A stretch of DNA of 60,000 bases from Camelus ferus. Its lineage: Eukaryota. The translations under genes and the position numbers were made by a program. This document shows, piece after piece, positions 24,411 to 37,390 of this stretch; position 1 is the stretch's first letter, and the number at the start of each line of letters is the position of its first letter. Below the pieces are notes generated by a model, which saw nothing but the letters and a program-made list of their open reading frames with translations, was not told the DNA's origin and did not search any database. Where the stretch lies: the NCBI RefSeq assembly GCF_009834535.1, contig NC_045696.1, positions 112,098,001-112,158,000 on the forward strand, read 5' to 3'.

Positions 24411-25049
24411 ACTGTGGCTTTTGCAAAATCAAAATCCCAGAGACAAAGCTATCAAAAACTCATCTGGGAAAATTCATGCCAGGTGCCAGGAACTGTACTT
24501 ATATTGGGGTTTTTAAAATGAATAAGATAATATCATGACCCTGGGGGCATTCACATCTTAGCAGACCTCTTCTAAGGTGAACTTGATTTCATTCCATTCT
24601 GACCCTCTTTTTGGCTCATTGTTAATATTTAGCTCAAGACCCCCAATAAAGATTTGCTGAAAGATTCAGGCAAATATCTTCTTTCTCTGAGACCTTGTGC
24701 TACTTCTCAGCATCTCACAGAGCAACGTGTCACAAGGCCTGAGGTGTTTAATACACTGTGTCTGCCTCCCTCCCTGCACTCGACTGGGCGGTCTCTTAAA
24801 GAGAAGACCTGGGTTTGATACTTGTGCTAGAATCTCCAAATCACCCAACATTTATTTTTTGGCCTTTTTTGTTTGTTTGTTTTCTCACCATAATCACACC
24901 ATAGGAAAACTCGCAGACTTTGGTTGTATTTTTGTCTGGGAAAGAGTAGGGGTAAGGAAGTGACCTTGTTTATGACAAGGGGAGGCATGCTGAGACTGTG
25001 TCCCTGGAAGCTGGTTCTTCTTGTCTTGCAGGATCAGCAATGATTCTAG

Positions 25050-25220
25050 CCCATGGTAATAATGGGTACCTTTATTAACAGTTTCCCAGTATGACTGGAT
25101 TATTCTAAGCATATTACATGTATTGTCTCATTAAGCCTTTATAGAGTAATCATAAGAGGTAGGTTTTATTATTGTCCCCATTTTTCAAATAAAGAAACAG
25201 GCATAGAGTGGCAAAGTTTC
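25050..25220 (-). mobile_element. MIR fragment
   Basis: GAGGTAGGTTTTATTATTGTCCCCATTTTTCAAATAAAGAAACAGG reverse MIR core. Confidence 0.75.
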
Positions 25221-25239
25221 AAAACCCAACTCCATGGAA

Positions 25240-25835
25240 CTTTAATTTTAAAAGATACATGCATCCCAATGTTCACAGCAGCACTATTTACAACAGCCAA
25301 GACATGGAAGCAATCTAAATGTCCATTGACAGATGACTGGAGAAAGAAGCTGTGGTATATCTATACAATGGAATACTACTCAGCCATAAAAACTAACAAA
25401 ATAATGCCATTTGGAGCAACATGGATGGACCTGGAGATCATCATTCTAAGTGAAGTAAGCCACAAAGAGAAAGAAAAATACTATATGACATCACTTATAT
25501 TTGGAATCTAAAAAAAGAAAAAAGAAGACACTAATGAACTTACCTACAAAACAGAAGACACACAAACAGTAAACAATCTTATGGTTAGCAGAGGGGAAGG
25601 GGTCGCAAAGGGATAAACTGAGAGTATGAGATTTGCAAATATTGACTACTACATATAAAAATATAAAAACCAAATTTTTTCTGTATAGCACAGGGATCTA
25701 TAGTCAGTATCTTGTAGTAACCTTTAATGAAAAAGAATATGAAAAGGAGTATTTATGTATGTGTATATAACTGAAACATTATGCTGTACCCCAGAAATTG
25801 ATACGTTGTAACTGAGTATACTTCAATTAAAAAAC
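25240..25835 (+). mobile_element. Young 5'-truncated L1 (ORF2 C-terminus + 3' UTR)
   Basis: ORF 25269-25511 MFTAALFTTAKTWKQSKCP...MEYYSAIK...ATWMDLE..ILSEVS is the L1 ORF2 C-terminus, followed by the lineage-type 3' UTR and A tail. Confidence 0.92.
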
Positions 25836-26189
25836 CCCCAAAACTCAACCCTAAGCCTCCATTCCTTGGAAACAACAGCTGAGACCCAACCTCGAGGCCC
25901 ATTCACAGTGATGGACCCTCATCCTAACTTGAGGAATTCCTGGTGATGGACAGGTCACCAGGGGTGGGAGGTAATGGGAGATCTGCTGATTAGAGACAAC
26001 AGCCTCTGCCTGAGAGACAAACCTTGCGCTTTCTTCTGGTTCCAGCTATCATTTTTCTTCGTCCCATTTTTAGTTTGTTTTAGCCTATCGACCAGGACTG
26101 AGTTCAGTCACAGCCGCTACCCTGGCTTAAGCACTCAGGGGCTTCTGTTCTTCCCAGAGCAAGAGGTCTGGGTGTGGGCAGTCAGGTGT

Positions 26190-26530
26190 CTCCAGTGGCT
26201 CCCTAACGCCTTGAGGGTTCAGCTCTTTCTGTGTTTCTTTTCTGTTAATTAGATATGTAACTTTTATCCTCATGCTTGCAGGCTGGTTACTACCTCTTCA
26301 GCACTGTGTGGATTTCAGGCAGGAAGAAGAAGGATCAGGGGATCAGATAATGAGTGAGGCTAACAATTCTGTTCCTATTTGAATAGCTTTCCCAGAAGCC
26401 CCATCCAGGGTTTTCTTTCCTCCAGCTGGCCAGGACTGTGTCCCATGGCCACTCGCCACTGTAAGGAGTCTGGAAGATGTGTACATTGCTACACTGAAGA
26501 ATATCAAGATTCTTTTAATAAGAAAGAAAG
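26190..26530 (-). mobile_element. Old MaLR LTR remnant (MLT1-like)
   Basis: TTCCAGGCAGGAAGAAG-like segment, TTCCCAGAAGCCCC and GGCCAGGACTGTGTCCCATGGCCAC...GTAAGGAGTCTGGAA. Confidence 0.55.
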
Positions 26531-27869
26531 GACAAGAGCAACCTAAGGTGCCCACCAGAGTTATTAAAGTTCTAATTGACATCAGAGGAGAGAACTTGAC
26601 CAAGGACCAGCAAGCCCAGGAGGCCAGATTTCTCAGTGAGCATCACAGTGACGCATGGAGCCTAAGTAAGAAATCCGCATCCTCCTGGGTCCAAGCTCTG
26701 TATCTCTGCATCTGTAAGTGCTCTCTGGTTATAGACCCACGAAGGATTAGTGAGAAGAGCACTGAATCTAGACACAGAACACCCTGCTTTTTGCCACATA
26801 TAATCTGGGGGACCTCGGGCAACACATTTTTGTAGTCCTTATCAGTAAAATGATCCTACCCACTTCACAGAATTGAGAAGATCAAAATAATGAATGTGGA
26901 AAAGTTTTGCAATCTACTCACCTGTGCATTGTGTTTCTTATGCCAGATTAAAAAATTAGAAATGGAGACCTGTGAATGGAATCCTGTTAATCATTTGAAC
27001 AACCTTTAAAAAGTCCATCTAAAATTACATAGGGCTATAAATTTATAATGTTCTAACATTTTGTATATATAAATAAAATGTATGTTGACATAGACAATTT
27101 TATAACATATAGCATACACACATATGCATGCAGTTGTTTGTTAATGGAATTTTGTGATATCCCCGTAATGGAATTCACAATGTTCAGTTTTAGTACTTAA
27201 GCTTCTAGAGTACTTAAAGCCACCACCCGGTTGCTGAATCTACTTCTTTGGTTTATCCCATATGGGGTGGGGGGAGAAGGCTTGGAATTATCAGTGTGTC
27301 TCAACATTAAGACTGTCATCTCTCCCACTGGAAATATAGCAACTGTGTTGTGTTTTCCAAGATATATGCCAGCAATATTTCAAAATATGATTAACAGTGC
27401 CAATACCTCGTAAAGTTGGGCACATCTTTTCTTATTTTGTCTTAGTGATGCCGTCTATCTTTGTGAAAGCTGATGTATTAAATAGCTTTTTAAAAGCCTT
27501 ATTGTGGCCTTTCTCTCCCCTCGGTATAGTAGTGTAACTTTTATAGATAGTAATGAGCGTTATGGTGGAGCTTATGGGGGTTATGTGGCTTCTGTAGTTA
27601 ATGGTGATGGACCTGGCTGGAAACCACGGCCCGGGGTTCGGGAGCCTGAAACTCTCGGGGCAGTGGGAGGTGCCTGGCCATACCCCACATTTGGAGCTTT
27701 TCTGCCTTTTATTCCAGAGCACGGACACATAAATTAAGTGCGAGGGAACAGCAACAAATTTCATGTGAAAATGTATGATATCCAAAATCCAACATTAGGA
27801 GAACCTTCGTCCAAAAGATTTGCCTTGACATAAACTTGAATTGCACTTAAGGAGTATATGAAAGTTACA

Positions 27870-28066
27870 TCTGTATAGCACAGGGAGCTACATTCAATAT
27901 TTTATAGTAACCTATAATGAGAAAGAACATGAAAATGAATATATGTATATATGTATAACTGAAACATTATGCTGTACACCAGAAATTGATACATTGTAAC
28001 TGACTATAGTTTCATTTAAAAACAGAATAAAATAAAATAAAATAATTTTTTTAATTAAAAGAAAAA
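27870..28066 (+). mobile_element. Short young L1 3' end with TSD
   Basis: CTGTATAGCACAGGGA...GCTGTACACCAGAAATTGA, A-rich tail and perfect TSD GAAAGTTACA (27860-27869 / 28067-28076). Confidence 0.92.
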
Positions 28067-28388
28067 GAAAGTTACAACCTTCAGTTAAAGGTTGTATTCA
28101 GCAGCCCTTGAGATTAGACAGGAAATACATTTCTTCCTAAAAACAAACAAACAAACAAAACCCTGCTCATTTTCAAAAAAATCACACAACTTTTGAGCTG
28201 GAAAAGAGCTCTGTAACGGATCAGGTTATATATGAGGAAAATGAGGCCCACTGAGGTTAAATTATTTACCCAAAGTCAGTTGATTCTAATCTGAGACCAC
28301 GGATACAGAAAACATTGTGATAACGTGAAACTTAACAACTGAACAAATATACGTGCCTGTTTGGGACAGAATGGATACTCAATAAATA

Positions 28389-28605
28389 CAGATACTAACT
28401 ACTGTATATAAAATAGATAAACAACAGATTTCTACTATACAGCACAGGGAACTATATTCAATATCTTGGAGTAACCTGTAATGAAAAAGAATATGAAAAT
28501 GGATGTATGTGTGTATATGGATGACTGGAGCATTATGCTGTACACCAGAAATTGACGCAACATTGTAAACTGAACTATATACTTCAATGAAAAAAACTAT
28601 AAAAA
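28389..28605 (+). mobile_element. Short young L1 3' end
   Basis: CAGATACTAACTACTGTATATAAAATAGATAAACAAC...AGCACAGGGAACTATATTCAATATCTTG...CTGTACACCAGAAATTGA. Confidence 0.9.
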
Positions 28606-29397
28606 GTTCAATATTGGAGTTTTTAACTACAAAGAAGAGAGCTAACTTAAAAGAAAATTGTCATAGAAATTCTTTGTGTTTTACTGTACAAGGAACAGTC
28701 AAACTTACACAGTCATATGAGGCTTAGCCAGATGCCCACTCAGCACATAAGAATGGAAGAAACACTGGCTGAAGTCAGTGTGCTAAAAGCTTATCGAATG
28801 TGTAAAGAAAGGGCCCCAAAGAGTAACTTTTAAGCTATATCATCTTTGATGATGACTTTATTATTCTGAAGCCCAAACTTAATAAATAGGCTAGGATATG
28901 CCGTTGGTTATTCTATTTGGAGTAGACTTCCACTACCTGTAGTAAAACCTGTGCTAATTTTTGAAGAGGAAAAATGAACGTGTCTGCCAGTAGTCACACA
29001 GGTACCAGTGGCGTGTCTACACCCCCAGGTTGTCTTTTCCCAACACACAGTCCTGGGCCTGCCTCAGGACCTCAGATGCACCTCTCACCAGCCTGCCTTG
29101 ATCTCGTCAGCCACAGCAACTCCAGTCTCCCGTGTAATTCCTCATCCCATCTCTGGGACCTTTGGTCTTGCTCTCTTACCCACTTCAGTCCTCTTCCCCA
29201 CTTCAGTCCTCTTCCCCTTCATTTAAGACTCAAATATTTATCATCTTCTCTTTTAGGCCTGTATCAGCTCCCTCAGGCTCTTCCCTCTAGGCCCCTATGC
29301 AACCCAAACAAAACTACTGTTGATGGTCAGGGCCCACAGAACGGAGGCCGCCCCCATGACCTGACCCATGCTGTGAGTCTAAGCCAAAGTTGGTAGC

Positions 29398-30065
29398 CTG
29401 TGACCCAGCAATCCCGCTCCTGGGCACATATCCAGAGGGAACCTTCATTCAAAATGACACCTGCACCCCAATGTTCATAGCAGCACTATTTACAATAGCC
29501 AAGACAGGGAAGCACCCTAAATGTCCACTGACAGATGATTAGATAAAGAAGCTGTGGTATACATATACAATGGAACACTACTCAGCCATAAAAATTAATA
29601 AAATAATGCCATTTGCAGCAACATGGATGGATCTGGAGATTGTCATTGTAAGTGAAGTAAGTCAGAAAGAGAAAGAAAAATACCATATGCTATCACTCAT
29701 GTGGAATCTAAAAAAAAGAACAAAGAAGACAATAATGAACTCATCTACAAAACAGAAACAGACTCACAGACATAGAAAGCAAATCTTGGTTACAGGGGGG
29801 AAGGGGTGGGAAGGGATAAATTGGGAGTTCGAGATTTGCAGATACTAACTAGTATATATAAAACAGACAAACAAGTTTATATTGTACAGCACAGGGAACT
29901 ATATCCAGTATCTTGTGGTAACCTATAATGTAAAGGAACAGGAAAAGGAATATACGTATTTATAGGTATGACTGAAACATGATGCTGTACACTAGAAATT
30001 GATACACTGTATACTGATTATACTACAATAAAAAAAGGAAAAAAAATTTAAAAAGTAATAAATAA
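29398..30065 (+). mobile_element. Young 5'-truncated L1 (ORF2 C-terminus + 3' UTR)
   Basis: ORF 29570-29848 MEHYSAIK..IMPFAATWMDLE..VSEVSQKEKEKY, same 3' UTR as the neighbouring copies, partial TSD around AAGTTGG. Confidence 0.92.
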
Positions 30066-30422
30066 ACCTAAGTTGGCCTGCACTGCACTCCTGGGAAACA
30101 CCTCCAGGCAACCCTAACACACACCAGCCACAACCCTGCAACTCAGCTTCATCCGGCTTACTTTATCCTAGAAAATCCCAAGCCCCGCCAGCCTCATAGG
30201 GAAACCCCTGTCTTCCTCGTTCCACGTTGCCAATTCTAGCTCCTGAGGAAACTCATTCTTGCCCCAGACCCCTCAGGAGGGAGCTCCAGGGCTTGTGAGA
30301 GGCCCCGTCCTCCTCCAATCCGCGGGCTGTTTTCCCTTGAACAATGACATCACACTTGTTACTCAATCGTACATTTTGGTCACTTGACACTATTACTTCA
30401 GTCATTTCTATATGCACCATCT

Positions 30423-30945
30423 TGGTAGTAGAAAAGAGCAAATCTGACTCTACTTAGATCTGTTCCTTTGGCTCTGACCCTTGTGCCCTGTTTCCTGGGC
30501 TGAGTCATGCTGGTTCTGCACCTTTTGTAAAAGACTATTGCCTGGAGCCTGAAATATAGAGGAGAGCCCATTCTCAAGGCTCTGACCTTTAAGGATATTC
30601 ACACTTCTGCACTTAGATAAAGATAACCAGTTGCAGAATAGAAAATAACGGTTGTTTTGTTGGAGGTTTTACAGGGGCACCATGATCTGACCCACAGCGG
30701 ACAGTGCAAGAATAAAGAATTCCTACAACAAGAAGTTTGCAACAGCCAACCACATCCCCTCCCCTTTTTAGTATAAAAGGAGCCTGAATTCTGACTTGAG
30801 GAAGATGGTTCTTCAGGATATTAGTCTGCCATCTTCTCGGTCTGCCGGCTTTCCAAATAAAGTTGCTATTCCTTGCCCCAACACCTTGTCTCCCGATTTA
30901 TTGGCCTGTCGTGCGGCGAGCAGAGTGAGTCTGGACTCGGTGACA
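30423..30945 (+). mobile_element. ERV1-class solo LTR inserted in an L2 3' end
   Basis: TG...CA ends (3' ...GTGCGGCGAGCAG...TGGACTCGGTGACA), TATAAAA at 30772-30778 and AATAAA at 30856-30861. L2 sequence resumes at 30946-31085 ending TGAGTGAATGA. No clean TSD is visible. Confidence 0.8.
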
Positions 30946-33900
30946 TTTTCTTTCCCATTAGACTGAATTCTGAGAGGGCAGACAGCCGTACATTCCATTT
31001 ATTTCTGTATTCACAGCAAAGAAGCCCTACTGAAGACCACCCAAGGGCTGGTGGACAATGAGTATTTGTAAGTTGAGTGAATGAGACATGCCACCCCCTC
31101 ATAGACCAGACAGGCGGCCCTCTGCGCTGGTCCTCTCCGCCCTGTGCGTGCAGGGCACGGGCTAGCAGGAATCACCTCTACCCTACGGAGCGGAATCTCC
31201 TACGGGCCCCCTTTTATTGAAGAGGAAACTGAGACTCATGAGATGCTTAGTGACTTTCTTCAAGTCCCAGGGCAAGGCAGAACGGCGGTGCTGTGGGAAG
31301 GCGAGGGGCAGAAACGTGGAACAGACAGTAAAAGCCGCTGCAGTAACAAAAAGCAATCCAAGCCAAGGAGATCACGGAAGAAGCCACGGAACAAAAAAAC
31401 CCAAGCTTGTTACCACATAAAACAAGGAAAGCCGGGCAGCCAGAGGCGTGATCAGTCTCCCAGGTCACCTGGAGAGCTGAAATTTCATCAGGAAGATGTC
31501 CAGATAAAGAATTCCTGCCACCTCCCCACGAACCTTCCCGGAGCCTCCACGGGAAGTGTGTCCTTCTGCTAACCCGAGTCTAGCCTGCTGCACTCCGTGC
31601 ACTGCTTGCCAAGCCCCACACATTCTACGAAGCTACTTTCAAGCTCTTCCCTTCCCTTTCTTCTTGCAACTGGCCATGTGTTTCTGTCCCCCGGTTTATT
31701 TCAGAAGGACCATGTGTTTCTATTCAGTGAAACAGATCAGGGGCATTTTCTACCACTAAATCAAAAATCTCTCTCCTCTCCCACAGCTTCAAAGACAAAC
31801 CTGCTAATATCTAAAACATTTTCTAGATTTGTTTTTTTAGAGCCTATAAATTCACATGACAAAGGAAATAGGAAAGAACCTCCCCCATCTATCCCCTGCA
31901 TTTGTGACTATTTACAACACCGTCATTGTTTATGTTGAGTTCTATTCATTTTTGTCAGGACGCTTCCTCTGTACAGTTTAACTACTTTCTCATGCTCAGC
32001 TTTCCGCTGAATTGTCACAATGGTTAATGGGAAATTCTGTACCAAATACTATTGAATTTTAAGGCATTTCTGTCTGCTAATTTACTACTGACTGCAAATT
32101 TCATTTTGCCAAGGCAAAAAAACAATTTGTTTGTTTTATGTTGAAAATGGTTTTTCAAATAAAATCTGATGGTACACTTATCAAGCCCTCTTATCTTTCA
32201 TTAAACTAATGCTTTCAAGCATAATTAAGAAGGGGTTGGGAAAGTAAGTATATTGTAATGCTCTGATATTAAAGAAGACATATCAAAATAAATTTGCAAT
32301 TGTATCATTACATCAATCTCTACTGTGACTGCAATAGTATTATAACCATAATTAATTAGCTATGGTACAAATTACTAATAAATCTTTAGAAATTAAATGC
32401 CTAATTTTTCAAAACCATATGTCTTCGTAAATTGATTATTTAGAATTTAGAGGCTTTTTAATTAGGAAGAAATTTATGCAATGCTGTATGTAATAATTAG
32501 GAATCAGCTTTTCTGCAATACTTTTGAACATCAGCAAAAAATTAAATCTTGGGAAAATAGTCTGGGTTAATTATAGTATTTCACTGTCAAAAATCAACAT
32601 AGAGGTAAAATTTAGAGGTTAATGTGGCCTTTCCATTTCTTTAACTTCCACCTAGCCTTATGTGCTCAGGGCTGGAATCATTAACCGAATCCAAAAATCA
32701 ATGAGAGGGGGGAAATCTCCCCAGTGATTTATGCCTCGAAGAAAGTTTTCATTTTATCCAATAGTTTCAGCAAACCTCATCAATCCAGGTTAAACATTTA
32801 ACACTCTTTTTTTTTCCATTCCCTAAGGGTAAAGCAGGGCTCTTTCTGAGCCTAGCCATCATTTTGGGTAAGTGATTATTTTGACGTAAGACACAAAAGC
32901 TGCTTTGTCAGGAGGGTGGGGACATCATTGGGGTCTAACAAAGGCATCGCTGAAGTGCGACCTCATTATGTGTGTGGGCAAGAGACCCACGGGGCAGGGG
33001 AGGAAGACCTGGGGACAAGTCCCTGCTCTCAAGGGGGCTGCAGTGAGCCGACCTCAAAGCTAAGGGCCTCCTGCGTCCAGGAGGCTGGGCTGGGAGGTGC
33101 CTGGGGCCATGTCGTGTTCCTGCCTGTACTGGGGCCTGGAGGGAGGTGCCTGGGAGATACCATGAGGACAGGGGAATTCGATAAAAACCAGAGTGGTTGC
33201 CTGCAGAATCCAGAAACCAGTGTTACCTTCCCGCTTCACCTCCTCCCACTCGAGTTCTCTGAGCACAATCCAACTGATGGGTTTCACATCCGTGGGAGCA
33301 GAGGGTGTTAGGCCAGCCGGAGGGAAATGGCAGTTTTGCTCATCACAGCACTTTCCTTACATCTTCCTTTTGAATTCACCTTCCTCAAAGAGGAGCTGGA
33401 TCCTGAGTTCTCCCCAAACAAGGGTCCCCTTGTCTGCCCAGGAAACAGAATTGCTCTTTCCCGCTAGCTCCCAAAGGAGTTAAGCCATAGTTTTCTCCCC
33501 TTGGGGTTCGGTTGTACGTCACCAGGCTGTTTCTTCATCTGAAGATCTTCCACCAAATCTATGACAGCGGCCAAGCACGTGACTCAGGAGTGACAGTCAA
33601 CCCCAGATGCATTTGTACTCGGGCAGAATTGGTCTCTAATTGTCGCTCGTGGGAGAGAGGAAAGGCCGCCGCAGCATCTCTGTTCCCTGTTGCTGGCAGA
33701 TAAACTTGAGATGAAGCCACATCTACAGGGGAAAAATTGCTTACGCCTACAGAATGAGATTTCAGGCTCTGACAGCTGCTAGCAAAGTAAATGACAATCA
33801 TTTTATTCTGGGTAAATGCAACCCAGCACATCTTGAACAATGAAGAGGAGTTAGGGGCCCGAGGGCGGTGACAGCCCAAGTTGTGTGAGTTCAGAAGAGT

Positions 33901-34539
33901 CCCCTTGGAGGAGAACGAGGAATAAATGGCCCAACAGTCGTCCTCTTTCATATCAAGCCATGGCTCCTTGTGGTCTTAAGCGGAAGGCACAGCTCCCCTC
34001 AAAGGGAGCTTTGAGAAAACGGTTTTGAGTTTTGAGTTCCACAGACAGACAGCCTGGGAAAGCCTGATTTGAAAGTCAAAGGCCTCTGCCCAAATCCAGG
34101 AGAACTTCATCTCATGCCTGGATGCTTTCAACTACCTCCTAACTGGTTTCTTGACTTCACTCTCCACCCGCAGCCAGAAGAAAAGGCGTCTCAAAGGCAA
34201 CCACACCCGCATACAGTCCGCACAGTCCGCCTGGGCTCCCAGCGGCCAGCAGGGAAGCCCCACCTCTTCACACTGATTTACAAGGCCCTCCCAGGCCGGC
34301 CCTTGGGAACTTCCCGAACTCACCTCCCCAGGCCCGTCAGAGGCCCTTCTGTCTTTGGTCCCTCCTCCGGCCAGCTCCTGCTGAGACTCCACGCGTCAGC
34401 TGACTTGCTCCCGGCCCCCAGAACCTTCTCCAGCTCTTCGCGCTGGGTTGGGGACCCTTCTCTCTGTGCTCCCGCAGCCTGCTTTGTGCCTCCGGGATAG
34501 TGTTATCAGACTTCACTGCCTCTTTATTTTTCGTCTCCG

Positions 34540-34930
34540 GAGTTTTCAAGGTGGCAGAAACTTGACCTGCATCAACTTCAGCTGAAAGGGGGATTCACTG
34601 GACCCTGGGTGAGCTCACAAAACTGAAGGAAACGCTGAGGAGAGCAGAATCAGGGTCCCTCCCAGATCCCCAGATTCTCCACCAGGGCCTGGAACACTGG
34701 TCTTGGTGTGTCCGTCTGTTTCTGCTCCCTGCCTCTTGTCTGTCTCAGTCTCTTTCCTCTTTTTAGTCAAGGACATGGTGTCTCTCCCAGAAGGATGGAA
34801 TCCTGTTTGCCAAGTGGGCTCACATTTTCCTTGGTTCTAAAGTGCAGAGTCTCAAGGAAGAATTTTGCTTGTTCTTTCCTGGGTCACCTGCTTGCCTGAA
34901 GACTGAGAACTGTGGCTCTGGTTTAGGGAG
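34540..34930 (-). mobile_element. Old MaLR LTR remnant (MLT1K/L-like)
   Basis: GGCAGAAACTTGAC...CTTCAGCTGAAAGGGGGATTCACTGG...GCTCACAAAACTGAAG resembles the MLT1 reverse-strand start. Confidence 0.5.
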
Positions 34931-37390
34931 GATGGAGGAGGGGACAGTTTTATCTAGGTTACATTCCAAGCTCTTGGGTGGCGGGAAGGCCATTCAGGAG
35001 GACAGGAGGGGAGGGGTGGGGTCCAAACTACGGATTATCTGTTGTAACTCCCAACCACAGCATCTCAGTGGGAAAGTACGGTCAATATTTATTTTTTGTG
35101 CGACTGCAGGTTGGCTGGAGGTTGAGCAGCCTAGACCTGGGCTCTGCTTTACCCTGCAGGTCAGGCTGAGCCCGGCTCCTTGTGGTGGGACATGTGCTTC
35201 ATTCTGGTGCCCAGGCCGGAGGGGGAGCTCTTCTCAGGGCAGAGACCGAGGTGCAGGAGGGGAATGAAAGCCCTCAGTGGACCCCAAGGCCCAGGCTTGG
35301 AAGTGGCACATGCATTCTTGACTGTCCTATGTGGCTGAGCGTGAAGTCCAGGGGTGGGGAAGGGGCCTGAGGCTCTGGTGGGCAGGACTGCAAAGGTACA
35401 AGGCAAAGGGCGCAGCTACAGGGCGGGAGGGTGAAGCCTGGGGGCCAACGACCCCCGTTACTACAGGAACACGTTTTCCATGGAAGGGTGAGCTCATTTC
35501 CCGCAGAGGGAACAGGTGCTGAGCAGATAAAAACAGTGATGCCCACACTTTCTCCTGGTTCTGCTGTGACTTTTGTGCAGGCAGGAGAGGTGCTTCCTGA
35601 CCTGTTCTGGGGACCCGTCTAACTCAGTGTGCTCGGCAGGCAGAAGGCAGTCGAAAATAAGCTGTTGAATTTAATATAAGTGATTTAGGGGTTACAGAGA
35701 GGACAGACACTGAACCATCTCCTCTAAGAACTTGCAGCCTGGCTAGAGAGGCCGAGGTTCATGTGAATAACTGGTAGAAAACAGGAAGAAATATGTCCTC
35801 CTTTGGTTCAGGCAACAACAACTATGGGCATGATGCGGAGGGAAAGATGAATTTCAACCAGGTATGCTCAGGACGTGTCCTTGGAAGACAAGGGATTTCA
35901 GCAGAGCTTTAAAGGGGAGGCAGCGGCATTGAGTACTCGCCATGTGCCAGCCCTGCGCGGAGGCTGAGGGCGCGGTTCCCCACCGCGCATCTGCAGAGAA
36001 GGCGGCTGTCTCGTGGTTCCCCATGTGTGGCTGATAGATGCCCTAAGTTATCCGGTGACAGAGCCTGAAATGGACACAGGAACCTAGTCTGTTACCTTCC
36101 CATGGTCTGTGTCTTGCTCAGTGACTGGCACTTGTACAGGGCTCCATAAATGTGAATCAACGAGGAGATACATGGAGCCTGGCTCTTTCTTCAAATCTCT
36201 GACAAGTGGAGAAGTCAGGACGACACTCGTCTTGTGTCCGCTCTAAGAGGAGAGAGGGCACATCCCAGAAATGCCCAGCAGGTGTGTGTGGCCAGGGAGT
36301 CCATGTACGGAGTGTGTGGCAAACCACAAAGCTGAGAAGGTAAATAGGAGCCAAGAAGAGGGGAAGGGTGTGTGTCTTACTCTGCCTACAAGTATCTATT
36401 CGGGTCATGGGTACCACTCCATCTATGACCTCGTTAGTAAAAGTTTATGATGTCTTAAGACAAAACAGATAGTAGATGCGCGGCAGTATGTAATAATCTG
36501 GAGCCAATGCACCTCCCAATTTTTCACTCTCAGCCTACAGATGCAGGAAGGAAGTGCACTTAATTGGGAAAACGACTTATTTCTTCTTTCCTTTTCAGCT
36601 TTCTGAATGTAAAGCATGTGGCTAGCTGGTCTTCTACCCTTAAAAGCATAAAGGAGGCTGCGCTGTCTGAAACTGCTCTTTTCTGGAGAGGATGCAAACA
36701 GATGAAATCACATGCAACTCCTCACTGGTGTGAACAGATCACACGTCAGTCCCCCTCCTTCCGCTGCAAGCTCCCGGCAGACGAAAGAACAGTGTCAGGT
36801 GAGGAGGAACGTCCGCCTCAATCCGCAGAAAGGGGACCCAGTCCTGTGGTGGGTGTGATGACAGAGCGAGGGTTCTGATGCTTCAAGGAAAAAAACAAAA
36901 AGCTGAGAAACAGGACCCTGCCCCAGTGTGTAACAAACACCCTGTTGTCACACAGCTATGCCGGACCCTTGCCAGCTAAGCCTCGTCACTTCTAAAGGCA
37001 GGAGTGGAGAGGCAGTTTGCAACTCTTCACACAAGCCTCTGCCCGACACAGAGGACAAGTCTCTCATTGTTAGTCCGTCCACCAGCGTTCACCCCACCCT
37101 GTTGGTTCATAGGAAATAACAATAAATAAAGCTTGCTCTTGGAGGGTAAGCCCCTGTGCGGACTTTTCAGATAACAGACACTTTAACTGGCAGTAATGGG
37201 GCTCCCTGAGGGGCACACAGATGCCAGGTCATTCTAAACGGACATGCTGGATATTTGGGGGAAAAGTGGACTGTGTTGGTTTGTTTTGAGAGGTTTGAGG
37301 GGACAAGGGTTAAATGATGCTTTTGGGTTTTTTTTTCTTCCTTCAAAGAGACTCCATCCTAACACCCAACTCAAAAATGATCTTACAAGC

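Noticed and set aside
25269..25511. ORF with protein-like composition (also 12221-12526, 29570-29848, 56271-56468)
   Set aside because: These are L1 ORF2 C-terminal remnants of truncated elements, not host genes.
27504..27737. 77-aa Gly-rich ORF (GGAYGGY...)
   Set aside because: It begins at GTG rather than ATG, has no splice or promoter support and no recognisable family. It reflects a G/T-rich tract.
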